A DNA stretch of 64,000 bases from NCBI GenBank assembly GCA_052034865.1, contig JBPOIC010000027.1, positions 9,923 through 73,922 on the forward strand, given 5' to 3'. The notes beneath the pieces were generated by a model. That model saw nothing but the letters and a program-made list of their open reading frames with translations. It was not told where the DNA came from and searched no databases. The stretch comes from Myxococcota bacterium (GTDB taxonomy: Bacteria > UBA10199 > JADFYH01). The translations under genes were made by a program, and so were the position numbers. Of this stretch, positions 27,858 through 36,292 are shown piece after piece (within the stretch, counting starts at the first letter, position 1; every line of letters begins with the position of its first letter).

Positions 27858-28853
27858 CTATTTAGGCTCGGTTTCTGGAAGAACAGGCAGAGACTCTTCC
27901 GGAGGAGGCTGCATCTCCATTGCAGGCGCTTTATCTATTTGCTCTCCAATCTGTTTGAGCAGAGCTTCTTTAAGCTGAACATGAATCGTTACTGCCCGAT
28001 CTTTCTGCTGAATCTCTACGCCTTGGAATACCTCGCCGATCAGAGGATTAGTGGCCATCATCATTGCCATTGAGGATTTGGAGGCATTGATCTCATCGGC
28101 AAACTTCTGAGCCTCGGTCCCATTTTCGGCATTTCCTGTAAATTGAAAGTGGAGATCCTTGTCGTATGTTGCTTCGAACGCAAAGCTTTTGAGGGTTTTG
28201 ATTCCCGCGCCCGGTGCAGACTCGGGAAGCTTTGTATCGGTAGGAGGGATGAGTCCCGCACCCCACACGAGAGCCTGGGCGTTCTTTTTATTGAAAAGCG
28301 TCATCAGCTCTTGGTGAGAACGAATCGAGTTTCCTCCTTTTTTGGCAAGGGCAATCGCTTCTTTTACGTCGGCAATCTGTCCCCATAAAACAAGAGAGGG
28401 AGAATATACACACAGCGCCAGAGTTGGATCCTCGGGAGAAAGATAGTAGGTTGAACCTTCAAAATTTTCTTTCGAAAGACTTTTGTTTTTTTGACTCGCC
28501 ATCTCTTCAATGGATGAGACGATCTTCTTTTCATCAAAACTACCTTCCAGCAGAACCAGAGTTGCCGGAGGCTGATTGGCTTCGGGGGCATCCAATGCCA
28601 CCAGGGCGGATTGCACACCTTTTAAGAGCTCAGTCACTTCTGCTGGGGCTTTTTTCAAAAGCCGTTCTTGATATGTAGGGATTTGCGCCAGTTTTTTCCA
28701 ATCGATTCCAATCAGGTAATCATAGTGGGAAGGCACCAGCGACAAGGTCTGGTCTTGAGAGCCTTTGTTTGAGCAGCTACGCGCGCAGGAGACGAGCAGG
28801 GTGAGGGATAAAAAAATCAAAATCCATTTTTTACCAGCGGGAAAGAGTTTCAT
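27858..28853 (-). CDS. hypothetical lipoprotein, paralogue B of a tandem pair
   Basis: Lipobox LLVSC. Colinear similarity to 29022-30197, for example VKEAIALAKKGGNSIRSHQEL against VKEALHLKKKGGKTIRSKKDL. Confidence 0.7.
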   Translation of the reverse strand: MKLFPAGKKWILIFLSLTLLVSCARSCSNKGSQDQTLSLVPSHYDYLIGIDWKKLAQIPTYQERLLKKAPAEVTELLKGVQSALVALDAPEANQPPATLVLLEGSFDEKKIVSSIEEMASQKNKSLSKENFEGSTYYLSPEDPTLALCVYSPSLVLWGQIADVKEAIALAKKGGNSIRSHQELMTLFNKKNAQALVWGAGLIPPTDTKLPESAPGAGIKTLKSFAFEATYDKDLHFQFTGNAENGTEAQKFADEINASKSSMAMMMATNPLIGEVFQGVEIQQKDRAVTIHVQLKEALLKQIGEQIDKAPAMEMQPPPEESLPVLPETEPK

Positions 28854-28906
28854 AGAACCTCAAGGTTTAAAGGGTTTTAAGTAGAGACGAAATTCCGCAC
28901 GATTTT

Positions 28907-28941
28907 CCTCTCCCCTCGTGGGAGAGGATTAAGGTGAGGGG
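28907..28941. repeat. GC-rich hairpin element CCTCTCCC-CTCGT-GGGAGAGG followed by ATTAAGGTGAGGGG
   Basis: Perfect 8-bp stem, with alternative pairing TCCCCTC/GAGGGGA. Resembles a short motif I have seen in intergenic DNA of unrelated genomes (from memory, not verified). Confidence 0.5.
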
Positions 28942-28945
28942 ACAT

Positions 28946-28968
28946 AAAAAAACTCCCGGTATCAGGAG
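28946..28968 (-). terminator. rho-independent terminator after paralogue A
   Basis: Minus strand: CTCCTG-ATAC-CGGGAG followed by T7. Confidence 0.6.
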
Positions 28969-29021
28969 GGTCATTCCCTACACTGACAAGCGGGAGCTTT
29001 CAATGGTCAAGTCTTAAGAAA

Positions 29022-30197
29022 TTAATGCTTCTTCTTTTCTGCCTTTTTCTTCGAAACGGTTTTTACCACGTCATTTGCCTGCTTCTTTCTGCGAATCTCT
29101 TCCTCTTTGATCTGTTGGGTAATCTCTTTAATGACAGGCTCGGTGATCTTGATCTTTAGCTGTACCTGTTTATCCTTCTGGCTAAAATCCAACCCCGAAA
29201 AAATTTCATCGGTGATTTTTAAGAATTTCTGCCTGTCTTGCTGAGCTTTGGTTTCTTTTTTCTTTCCCTTTTTTCCTGAAGAATATTCGGGATAGGGCTT
29301 TGTCAAAAACTGCCGCATTAAATCGAGTGTTGTCCTGGTGTAGGCTTCCAAAAGTTTCGCCTCTTCCGCCTTGGCTGTAAATCCCGACAGTTCGACATTC
29401 AAATCTCTTTCGTAATCCATCCACAAAGAAAACTGACGAATCTTTTCGAACGGAGTGGGAGGAGCCTGATAAATATATTCAATCTCATCCCCTTTTTTAT
29501 CTTTCGATTTTTTTGATTTTTTCTGATCTTTCTTCTCATTTATCACCAGTTTTTCACCTACCATCCAAAAACTGGAGGTGGTGCTGGCGACCGAATGGCT
29601 GGTGATTCCATTGATAAAATTTTCAACCAGATCTTTTTTGGAGCGGATGGTCTTGCCCCCTTTTTTCTTAAGATGGAGGGCCTCTTTCACGCTGTCGGTA
29701 TCCCCAAGCAAAAACTGGTTTTGAGAAAGAACCGAGAGCGAAATTTCCTCATTAGAGAAGGTGTAGGTTTTATACCCTTCCAGAATTTTTTCGGAGATTT
29801 CTTTATCGTAAGGATGGCGTTTTCTGATTAGATCTGGCAGCTGGGCTGTATCAAATTTTCCTTCTCCCAGAATCAGAATAGAAAATGGAGGATTGGGATA
29901 GGGTTTCTGATCTTTACCAGAGATTTTAAAAGCCAAATACACTCGATCAAGCTGTTTAGAAAAGGCAATCAATTCCGGAGGAATCTCTCTGGAATTTCTC
30001 TGAACATCAATCAGTTCATCAATCACAGGATTTTTGGTTGAATTTTTATTTTCTGCGACGGCCAGAAGTTGATAATGGGGCGAGACGTAATCTAAAAATT
30101 CAGGACCCACCTTTTGCCCGGCACGACCGGTGAGACTGAAAAGAAAAACAAACAAAAATACAAAAAACGATTTTTGTAGCAAACGACGGATTTTCAT
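29022..30197 (-). CDS. hypothetical secreted protein, paralogue A of a tandem pair, with Lys/Glu-rich insert and tail
   Basis: Signal peptide MKIRRLLQKSFFVFLFVFLFSLTGRA. KKDQKKSKKSKDKKGDE insert. Similarity to 27858-28853 along the whole length. Confidence 0.7.
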   Translation of the reverse strand: MKIRRLLQKSFFVFLFVFLFSLTGRAGQKVGPEFLDYVSPHYQLLAVAENKNSTKNPVIDELIDVQRNSREIPPELIAFSKQLDRVYLAFKISGKDQKPYPNPPFSILILGEGKFDTAQLPDLIRKRHPYDKEISEKILEGYKTYTFSNEEISLSVLSQNQFLLGDTDSVKEALHLKKKGGKTIRSKKDLVENFINGITSHSVASTTSSFWMVGEKLVINEKKDQKKSKKSKDKKGDEIEYIYQAPPTPFEKIRQFSLWMDYERDLNVELSGFTAKAEEAKLLEAYTRTTLDLMRQFLTKPYPEYSSGKKGKKKETKAQQDRQKFLKITDEIFSGLDFSQKDKQVQLKIKITEPVIKEITQQIKEEEIRRKKQANDVVKTVSKKKAEKKKH

Positions 30198-30277
30198 AAA
30201 CGCTCACTTTTCTGAATGGAGATTCTTCCATTCTTGGGACTTATCCCAACAGGATGAAATACAAGAAGGAAGAAGAC

Positions 30278-31042
30278 CTATTCCCCTTCCCACCAGCACT
30301 TTAAAAATTCATTCATGGGTTTTAACGCCAAACGCACTCTTTTAATTAATCCAGGAAACTGGAAAAAAAGTCCGGGATTTTTTATCAATGAAGGCATCAG
30401 TTTTGAAAGCATCACCTCGCCACGTTCATCTACCAAAGAACTCACATCCGGCAAGGCGTACTCAAGCGGATCCAAAATCCAGCGCAAATGCACGAAAGGA
30501 ACGTGACATTCTTCAGCCTTCGCGGCAATCGCCGCACCTTCCATCTCAAAACCCAGAGCCTGAGTCTGAAGGGCCCAATTTCTTTTTTCACTTTCGGTAA
30601 AAGCGATTTTATCCAGACTCAACAGCAAACCTGCTGAAGATTTTTGATGCGTTTTCTCAAGAATGGCCTGGGATTTTTCAAGGAGGGCCAAATCTGAAAA
30701 ATATCTTCGGTCAGGATCAGTAGACCGGCTCATTTCTTTACCCAAAACCACTTCGCCCGTTTGCATTCCCGCACTTGCTCCACCAGCCACCCCCACTAAC
30801 CAGGCGCTGGCCAGAGAGTAGTTTTCAAAAACATAAGCGGCTGCCTGCGCTGCCGCCTGAAGCCCTATACCGGTCTCTATGAGTAAAAGTTTTTTGGATT
30901 CGGATTCACCACAAAAAATGCGCGCAGGGTAACGGTGAATCATCAAAGGGGGTTTGCTAAAAGTGCCCTCGCAGATTTTTTTAAATCCGCTGGATTCGGA
31001 AGGGGTCGGAAAAAAGATAGCCGTGTAAAAAGATGTAGACAT
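30278..31042 (-). CDS. PNP_UDP_1 phosphorylase-family protein (MTA/SAH nucleosidase or futalosine hydrolase-like)
   Basis: ETGIG, VGVAGG, GFEMEGAAIA motifs. Confidence 0.7.
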   Translation of the reverse strand: MSTSFYTAIFFPTPSESSGFKKICEGTFSKPPLMIHRYPARIFCGESESKKLLLIETGIGLQAAAQAAAYVFENYSLASAWLVGVAGGASAGMQTGEVVLGKEMSRSTDPDRRYFSDLALLEKSQAILEKTHQKSSAGLLLSLDKIAFTESEKRNWALQTQALGFEMEGAAIAAKAEECHVPFVHLRWILDPLEYALPDVSSLVDERGEVMLSKLMPSLIKNPGLFFQFPGLIKRVRLALKPMNEFLKCWWEGE

Positions 31043-31126
31043 GTGTATGGAAGCAAAAAGAAATATCAGAAAAGTTTTTCATATCCTTAAATAAATGTCC
31101 TGAAGTTTTTTAAAAGAAGGCCCCTT

Positions 31127-32410
31127 ATGTCTCACAAAAAATCCCAAACCCTTTTTAAAAAATCTCAAACCCTCATTCCGGGCGGTGTGAATAGCCCCGT
31201 TCGCGCCTTCAAATCTGTCGGTGGTACGCCCATCTTTTTCCAAAAGGCCAAGGGCCCCTGGCTCTACGATGTCGATGGAAACAAATATCTCGATTATGTC
31301 GGCTCCTGGGGACCAATGATCGCGGGTCATGCCCATCCTCAAGTCACGCGAGCCATTAAAAAAGCCGTGGAATGCGGAACAAGCTTTGGAGCTCCCAATC
31401 CCTATGAAGCGGTTTTGGCCCAAAAGGTTCAAAAGCTTTTTCCATCGATGGAAAAATTACGCCTGGTCAATTCTGGCACGGAAGCTGTCATGAGCGCTCT
31501 CCGCCTGGCACGCGCTTTCACCAAGCGTTCAAAGATTATCAAATTTGAAGGCTGCTATCACGGCCACGTCGATTCCTTATTGGTGAAGGCTGGCAGCGGG
31601 GCGCTGACGCTTGGTATTCCCGGAAGCGCCGGCGTTCCCGAAGAATTTGTCACCCACACCCTCCTCGCTCCTTACAACGATCTTTCAGCCGTCGAAAAAC
31701 TCTTTGCTGCTTATCCCGACCAGATCGCCGGAATTATTCTTGAGCCGGTGGTTGGAAATACCGGCTGCATCCTGCCGCAAAAGAATTTTTTAGAAGGCTT
31801 AAGAAAGCTCACCAAAAAATATCAGGCCCTTTTGATTTTTGATGAAGTGATGACCGGCTTTCGGGTGGCATTGGGAGGAGCACAGCAGCACTTTGGAATT
31901 CGTCCCGATCTCACGACCCTGGGAAAGGTTATTGGCGGCGGACTTCCCGTCGGCGCTTTTGGCGGACGCAAAGAAATTATGGACCTGCTGGCACCACTTG
32001 GTCCGGTCTATCAGGCAGGGACCCTTTCTGGAAATCCGCTGGCGATGGTTGCAGGAATTGAAACACTGAAATTGATTGAAGCACGCGGGGCTTTTAAAAA
32101 GCTCGCACAGACCACCCGCACCCTGGCGGATGGAATTCAAAGAGCTGCGGATTTGAAAAACATTCCAGTTCAGGTTCCAGCGATCGGTGGAATGCTTTCT
32201 GTCTTTTTCTCAGAAAACCCGATCATTGATCTAGATACCGCCCTAAAATCGGATGCTGCGCGATTCAATCGTTTTTTCCACGCCATGCTCAAACGGGGAA
32301 TCTATCTTCCTCCCTCTCCTTTCGAAGCCTGGTTTGTTTCGTTAAGCCACACTCCACGCGAAATTGCCCTGACCTTAAAGACCATTGAGGAAAGTCTGTC
32401 CGAGCTTTAA
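31127..32410 (+). CDS. hemL: glutamate-1-semialdehyde 2,1-aminomutase
   Basis: IPGGVNSPVRAF, FDEVMTGFR, GKVIGGGLPVGAFGG. Confidence 0.95.
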   Translation: MSHKKSQTLFKKSQTLIPGGVNSPVRAFKSVGGTPIFFQKAKGPWLYDVDGNKYLDYVGSWGPMIAGHAHPQVTRAIKKAVECGTSFGAPNPYEAVLAQKVQKLFPSMEKLRLVNSGTEAVMSALRLARAFTKRSKIIKFEGCYHGHVDSLLVKAGSGALTLGIPGSAGVPEEFVTHTLLAPYNDLSAVEKLFAAYPDQIAGIILEPVVGNTGCILPQKNFLEGLRKLTKKYQALLIFDEVMTGFRVALGGAQQHFGIRPDLTTLGKVIGGGLPVGAFGGRKEIMDLLAPLGPVYQAGTLSGNPLAMVAGIETLKLIEARGAFKKLAQTTRTLADGIQRAADLKNIPVQVPAIGGMLSVFFSENPIIDLDTALKSDAARFNRFFHAMLKRGIYLPPSPFEAWFVSLSHTPREIALTLKTIEESLSEL

Positions 32411-32462
32411 TTAAGACAATACAGGATGAGACTCTGTCGCGGGGGCGATCCAGACAAATTTA

Positions 32463-34094
32463 TCAAAAATCTTTGATTTTAATTCCTGCACGATCAAGAG
32501 CTTCGATATCCTCTTCGCTCTCCATAGTGTCATCATCCAGATAAATTTCGATCGGATGACCGGGGGAAGCGATCCCGTACAAAAGCTGACAGAGCCCCTT
32601 AAGCGAAGGGGCAAAAAGATGCCATTCGGATTCTTTTTTGAAAACGGGTTTTTGATGACGAAAATCAAACATCATTCCCGAATGATTTCCCTGATAGTAG
32701 CAGTGCCCAAAGGTTTCGAGGTTTTTTTGAACAGAACCTGGAGGCATCGACTCGATCCGATTTTTTAAAAAATGTTTTGCATCCTCTTCTTCCAGATAAA
32801 TTCCAAAGCCTGACTTGGGCCGGTTTTTTTTAAACTTCCAATCCAATGCGAGTTTTAAAAACGCACTCTCAAGATCATCTCCGCCAGCCGAAAGGTTGTG
32901 GCCAAAAAGCTCCGACACATAAACTCGTCCCATTTTTGTCATGCACAAAAAATCGTGAACCGATGCCCGTCCGATCACCACGACAGGCTCATCCTCAAGC
33001 TCTACGATTCTCTCATGCGCAGGAGCCGTCTCGGCGATAAAACCAGGAGCAACAAGAGGAAACATCTTGTATAAGTTCCAAAACCAGAAATCCTCTTCGG
33101 AAATCAAACCGCCAAAACGACGCTCCACATCGATCACGGATTCCCACGCCTTCTCACCCAAAAGATTTTTGAGCTGTGCTTCGTTACGCTGATAACAGCG
33201 GAGTCGATGGGCACGGCGGGCCATCATATAGGAAACGATGTCAGGATTTTCGGAAAGGAGGTTTGCGTCCGGCATGCGTCGCTCGATGAGCAGGTCTCCT
33301 GCTTCAAACTCCGCCCGTTCTGTAGCCTGATCCCCATGATGCAACACCTGAACGATTTGTCCTTCGGGCATCAATTGAAGGGAAATCTGCGCACAGCCAC
33401 GTGCAATATGATAATCTGGTTTCTCCGGAATTTTCTGAAACGATTCAGATAACATCGCCTCCCCACGGCCCTTATGCAGCCCGATCTCAACATCTTCTTC
33501 CATGGCAATTTTCAAAAGATGTGACACATTCTCAAAACGACGCACCCAAACTCGCCTGCGATCGATGACCCAGTCCTCATCGGACCAAAAAGGATCGTAC
33601 TCGGTTGAGGCCAGCACGTTGAGCGGCACTCTAAGCCTGGAAGCGAGCTTACGGACTTCTTTTTGATCGGCGGTGTGAATGCAAAATCGATACGGTGCAG
33701 GATGGGGCAGTTCCTCGACAGCAATGCGTTCGAGAAAAACGGAAAAACTTCTCGCAAATGGAATCTCTTCATCTTCGATAAAAACAGAACCATCGTTGTG
33801 GGCGAGGAGAAAATGTTTTCCGGACACGTGGCGGGCAATTAAAAGATCGGGGTCTTTCGGCTGGGTTTTTCGGCAGATCCTGGAGATATCAAAATTTTGA
33901 AGAACGCCGAAATCGTAATCTCCCAAGATAGGAAGCCCACGCTGGCCCGTCAGCTGAAAAAGCAACTGCGCGACTTCTTTCCAGCGCGGTGTACAAAATG
34001 AAGGTGCTTTCTTTAAAAGCTGAGAAAGATCTGTGCTGACATGGACTTTTGCCTGAGCCCCGAGGTTTTGAAGTTCTTGAGAAAAAGAAGTCAT
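32463..34094 (-). CDS. large cytoplasmic hypothetical protein (543 aa)
   Basis: Long uninterrupted ORF convergent with hemL. No signal peptide and no catalytic motif recognised. Confidence 0.6.
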   Translation of the reverse strand: MTSFSQELQNLGAQAKVHVSTDLSQLLKKAPSFCTPRWKEVAQLLFQLTGQRGLPILGDYDFGVLQNFDISRICRKTQPKDPDLLIARHVSGKHFLLAHNDGSVFIEDEEIPFARSFSVFLERIAVEELPHPAPYRFCIHTADQKEVRKLASRLRVPLNVLASTEYDPFWSDEDWVIDRRRVWVRRFENVSHLLKIAMEEDVEIGLHKGRGEAMLSESFQKIPEKPDYHIARGCAQISLQLMPEGQIVQVLHHGDQATERAEFEAGDLLIERRMPDANLLSENPDIVSYMMARRAHRLRCYQRNEAQLKNLLGEKAWESVIDVERRFGGLISEEDFWFWNLYKMFPLVAPGFIAETAPAHERIVELEDEPVVVIGRASVHDFLCMTKMGRVYVSELFGHNLSAGGDDLESAFLKLALDWKFKKNRPKSGFGIYLEEEDAKHFLKNRIESMPPGSVQKNLETFGHCYYQGNHSGMMFDFRHQKPVFKKESEWHLFAPSLKGLCQLLYGIASPGHPIEIYLDDDTMESEEDIEALDRAGIKIKDF

Positions 34095-34399
34095 AGGTTG
34101 AGAGCTTGAGAGAATTCCTTCGAATTTTTTTTAGACTTCTCATTCTTAAAAAACCGAAGGAGCCCCAGGTCTTAATAAGATTTTCCCTTCTTCACCCACT
34201 TTTCTAAAAATTTCTCAAAGCCAGAAGTAAGGACAACAATTAGAGGATGATTGCTGTCTTTCAAAACGTCGTCTGAGTGTCAATCGGATCACTCTCTTTT
34301 AAATGAAGAATACGAAGCTGGGCAGATCGGCTATTGACTTCAGAAAAAAGACTGCAAATATCAAAACTCCAATCAATCTATTAAGACGAAAGGACTTCC

Positions 34400-35053
34400 A
34401 TGAAAGCGATCTCAAACGAAATCCTCCTGAAACAGCTGAACTGGCGCTACGCCACCAAGAAATTTGATCCTTCAAATAAAATCTCTGAAGCAGACATTAA
34501 AACCCTCGAAGAGGTCCTTCATCTTTCTCCTTCGTCTTACGGTCTCCAGCCCTGGAAATTTATATTCGTTCAAAATGCGGAAATTCGAAAAAAACTCCGT
34601 GCGGTTTCCTGGAATCAGCCGCAGGTGGAAGAATGCTCGCACCTGATCGTTTTCACGACACTTAAAAAAGTGAGTGAGGATTATATCAGGCATTTTATCG
34701 CACGTATGGCCGAGGTTCGGTCAATCGATCCCGAATCTCTCGACTCGTATCAGGCGGCCATGATCGGTGATGTCGTGAAAGGCCCGCGCAGCAACATCGT
34801 TCCCACCTGGACTCAGCGCCAATCTTACATCGCCATGGGAAATCTCATGCAGGCCGCCGCCCTTATGGAAATCGACACCTGTGCCCTGGAAGGGCTTGAT
34901 CCGGCCCAGTACGATGAAATCCTGAATTTGACATCGACAGATTATGCGGCCTTCGCTGCGGTGGCTTTGGGTTACCGCTCAGAAAATGATGCCTTTCAGC
35001 ATTTGAAAAAAGTGCGATTTAAAATCGAAGAAGTGGTGGAATGGATAAAATAA
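34400..35053 (+). CDS. NAD(P)H nitroreductase (NfsB-like)
   Basis: LNWRYATKKFD, SPSSYGLQPWKF, typical 217-aa size. Confidence 0.85.
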   Translation: MKAISNEILLKQLNWRYATKKFDPSNKISEADIKTLEEVLHLSPSSYGLQPWKFIFVQNAEIRKKLRAVSWNQPQVEECSHLIVFTTLKKVSEDYIRHFIARMAEVRSIDPESLDSYQAAMIGDVVKGPRSNIVPTWTQRQSYIAMGNLMQAAALMEIDTCALEGLDPAQYDEILNLTSTDYAAFAAVALGYRSENDAFQHLKKVRFKIEEVVEWIK

Positions 35054-35127
35054 ACCTTGAAGACAGATCAAACCCATCAGGCTAAAAGCAGAGGTTGTTT
35101 GCTGTTTTTTAGGTTTAGAGGTTTCTT

Positions 35128-35451
35128 ATGAACGGTTGGACTTTTTTAATCCTGGCGGGATTTTTTGAGGTGGGTTTTACCACCTTTTTAAAACTCTCGG
35201 ATAATTTTACAAAAATTCCTTACACGATTGCCTTTGCCCTTTGCGCCATTATCAGTTTTGGCCTGTTAAACAAATCCGTCACCCTGATTTCCCTGGGGAC
35301 GGCTTATGCGGTCTGGACGGGTATTGGCGCCTTTGGCACCGCCCTGGTGGGTTTTGTTCTTTTTAAAGATGTCGTTTCGATGGGGAAAATCTTCTTTTTA
35401 TCCACCCTGATTATCTCCATCGTCGGCTTAAAATTCATCGCCCCCGAATAA
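35128..35451 (+). CDS. sugE: SMR-family small multidrug/guanidinium exporter (SugE/Gdx-like)
   Basis: MNGWTFLILAGFFEVGFTTFLKLS..., GTAYAVWTGIGA. 107 aa with 4 TM segments. Confidence 0.85.
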   Translation: MNGWTFLILAGFFEVGFTTFLKLSDNFTKIPYTIAFALCAIISFGLLNKSVTLISLGTAYAVWTGIGAFGTALVGFVLFKDVVSMGKIFFLSTLIISIVGLKFIAPE

Positions 35452-35645
35452 GGCCTGTCGCATTCCTTCTTTCCCTGCACCTGCTTTCCAATCTTTCCCC
35501 TGAGGACTCAAGACCTCATCTTTTCTAAGACCTCATGACGATAATCCTCAATTTATGAGGATCAAAACTAGAAACCTTCAGGATTTATTAATAAAAAACT
35601 AATAATATCAGTCTGTTAATCTTCGTGATGGCAGAGGAATGAGGA

Positions 35646-35661
35646 TGGCATTGGGTTTGCT
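35646..35661 (+). promoter_or_regulatory. sigma-54 promoter TGGCATTGGGTTTGCT
   Basis: GG/GC at canonical spacing against TGGCACG-N4-TTGCW. Lies 50 nt upstream of the ATG at 35711. Confidence 0.65.
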
Positions 35662-35710
35662 TTACTAATTCTCGAAGGTTAGTTGAAAATTCACTCAAAA
35701 GGAGAAGGTT

Positions 35711-36190
35711 ATGTCAGTAAAATCGCCCACTATCAAACTGAACAATGCTACCGCGGCCACTATTGCAAGTGAGTTAATAAAATTAGATGCTCAGATGGAA
35801 AAGAAATTGGGTGTTCAAGGAAAATCAAACACCAGAAGCCCTGAGAAGCAATCGGGAGTTGCTCATAAAAATGCGCAGGGTCTTCAAGCCTTGGTAGGAA
35901 GAGGTAAGCTACCTGAACACCAAGCGAAGGCCCCAGTTGTAGCGAAACTTTCAGAAAAAGGTGTGAACTACGATAACCCCCTCGTAAAATCCGGTCCTGG
36001 CTTACACTTTCTGAAATGGGAGAAGGCTGAAATAAAAGCTGAGGCAGCTGCCAAAAGAGGTGTAACACCAAGCTATAACCCCCATTCTGCAAGAGTGGAA
36101 CAACCTGGGAATCAAACAGGTTATGTGGCTGTTGTGCAGCATTTGAGGGATTTAGCATCAGGTCATCGTCACAAAAAGACTGGCGTGTAA
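35711..36190 (+). CDS. orphan hypothetical protein (159 aa)
   Basis: GGAGAAGG RBS, sigma-54 promoter upstream, terminator downstream. No family recognised. Confidence 0.65.
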   Translation: MSVKSPTIKLNNATAATIASELIKLDAQMEKKLGVQGKSNTRSPEKQSGVAHKNAQGLQALVGRGKLPEHQAKAPVVAKLSEKGVNYDNPLVKSGPGLHFLKWEKAEIKAEAAAKRGVTPSYNPHSARVEQPGNQTGYVAVVQHLRDLASGHRHKKTGV

Positions 36191-36221
36191 TCTAAGACAG
36201 TTCTTCATTATCAAACATACA

Positions 36222-36252
36222 AAAAGCGGCTACCTTCCGGGGCCGCTTTTTT
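36222..36252 (+). terminator. rho-independent terminator
   Basis: AAAAGCGGC-N..-GCCGCTTTTTT. Confidence 0.8.
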
Positions 36253-36292
36253 ATTGCCGAAAATTAATGAGGATTGGTACACGAAGGCCACT

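Noticed and set aside
35054-35127. Guanidine riboswitch (ykkC, mini-ykkC, ykkC-III) upstream of sugE
   Set aside because: The spacer is only 74 nt and I could not see the ACGR-loop hairpins or the conserved ykkC core.
35760-36158. 132-aa minus-strand ORF
   Set aside because: The plus-strand ORF 35711-36190 has an RBS, a sigma-54 promoter and a terminator. The antisense ORF has none of these.
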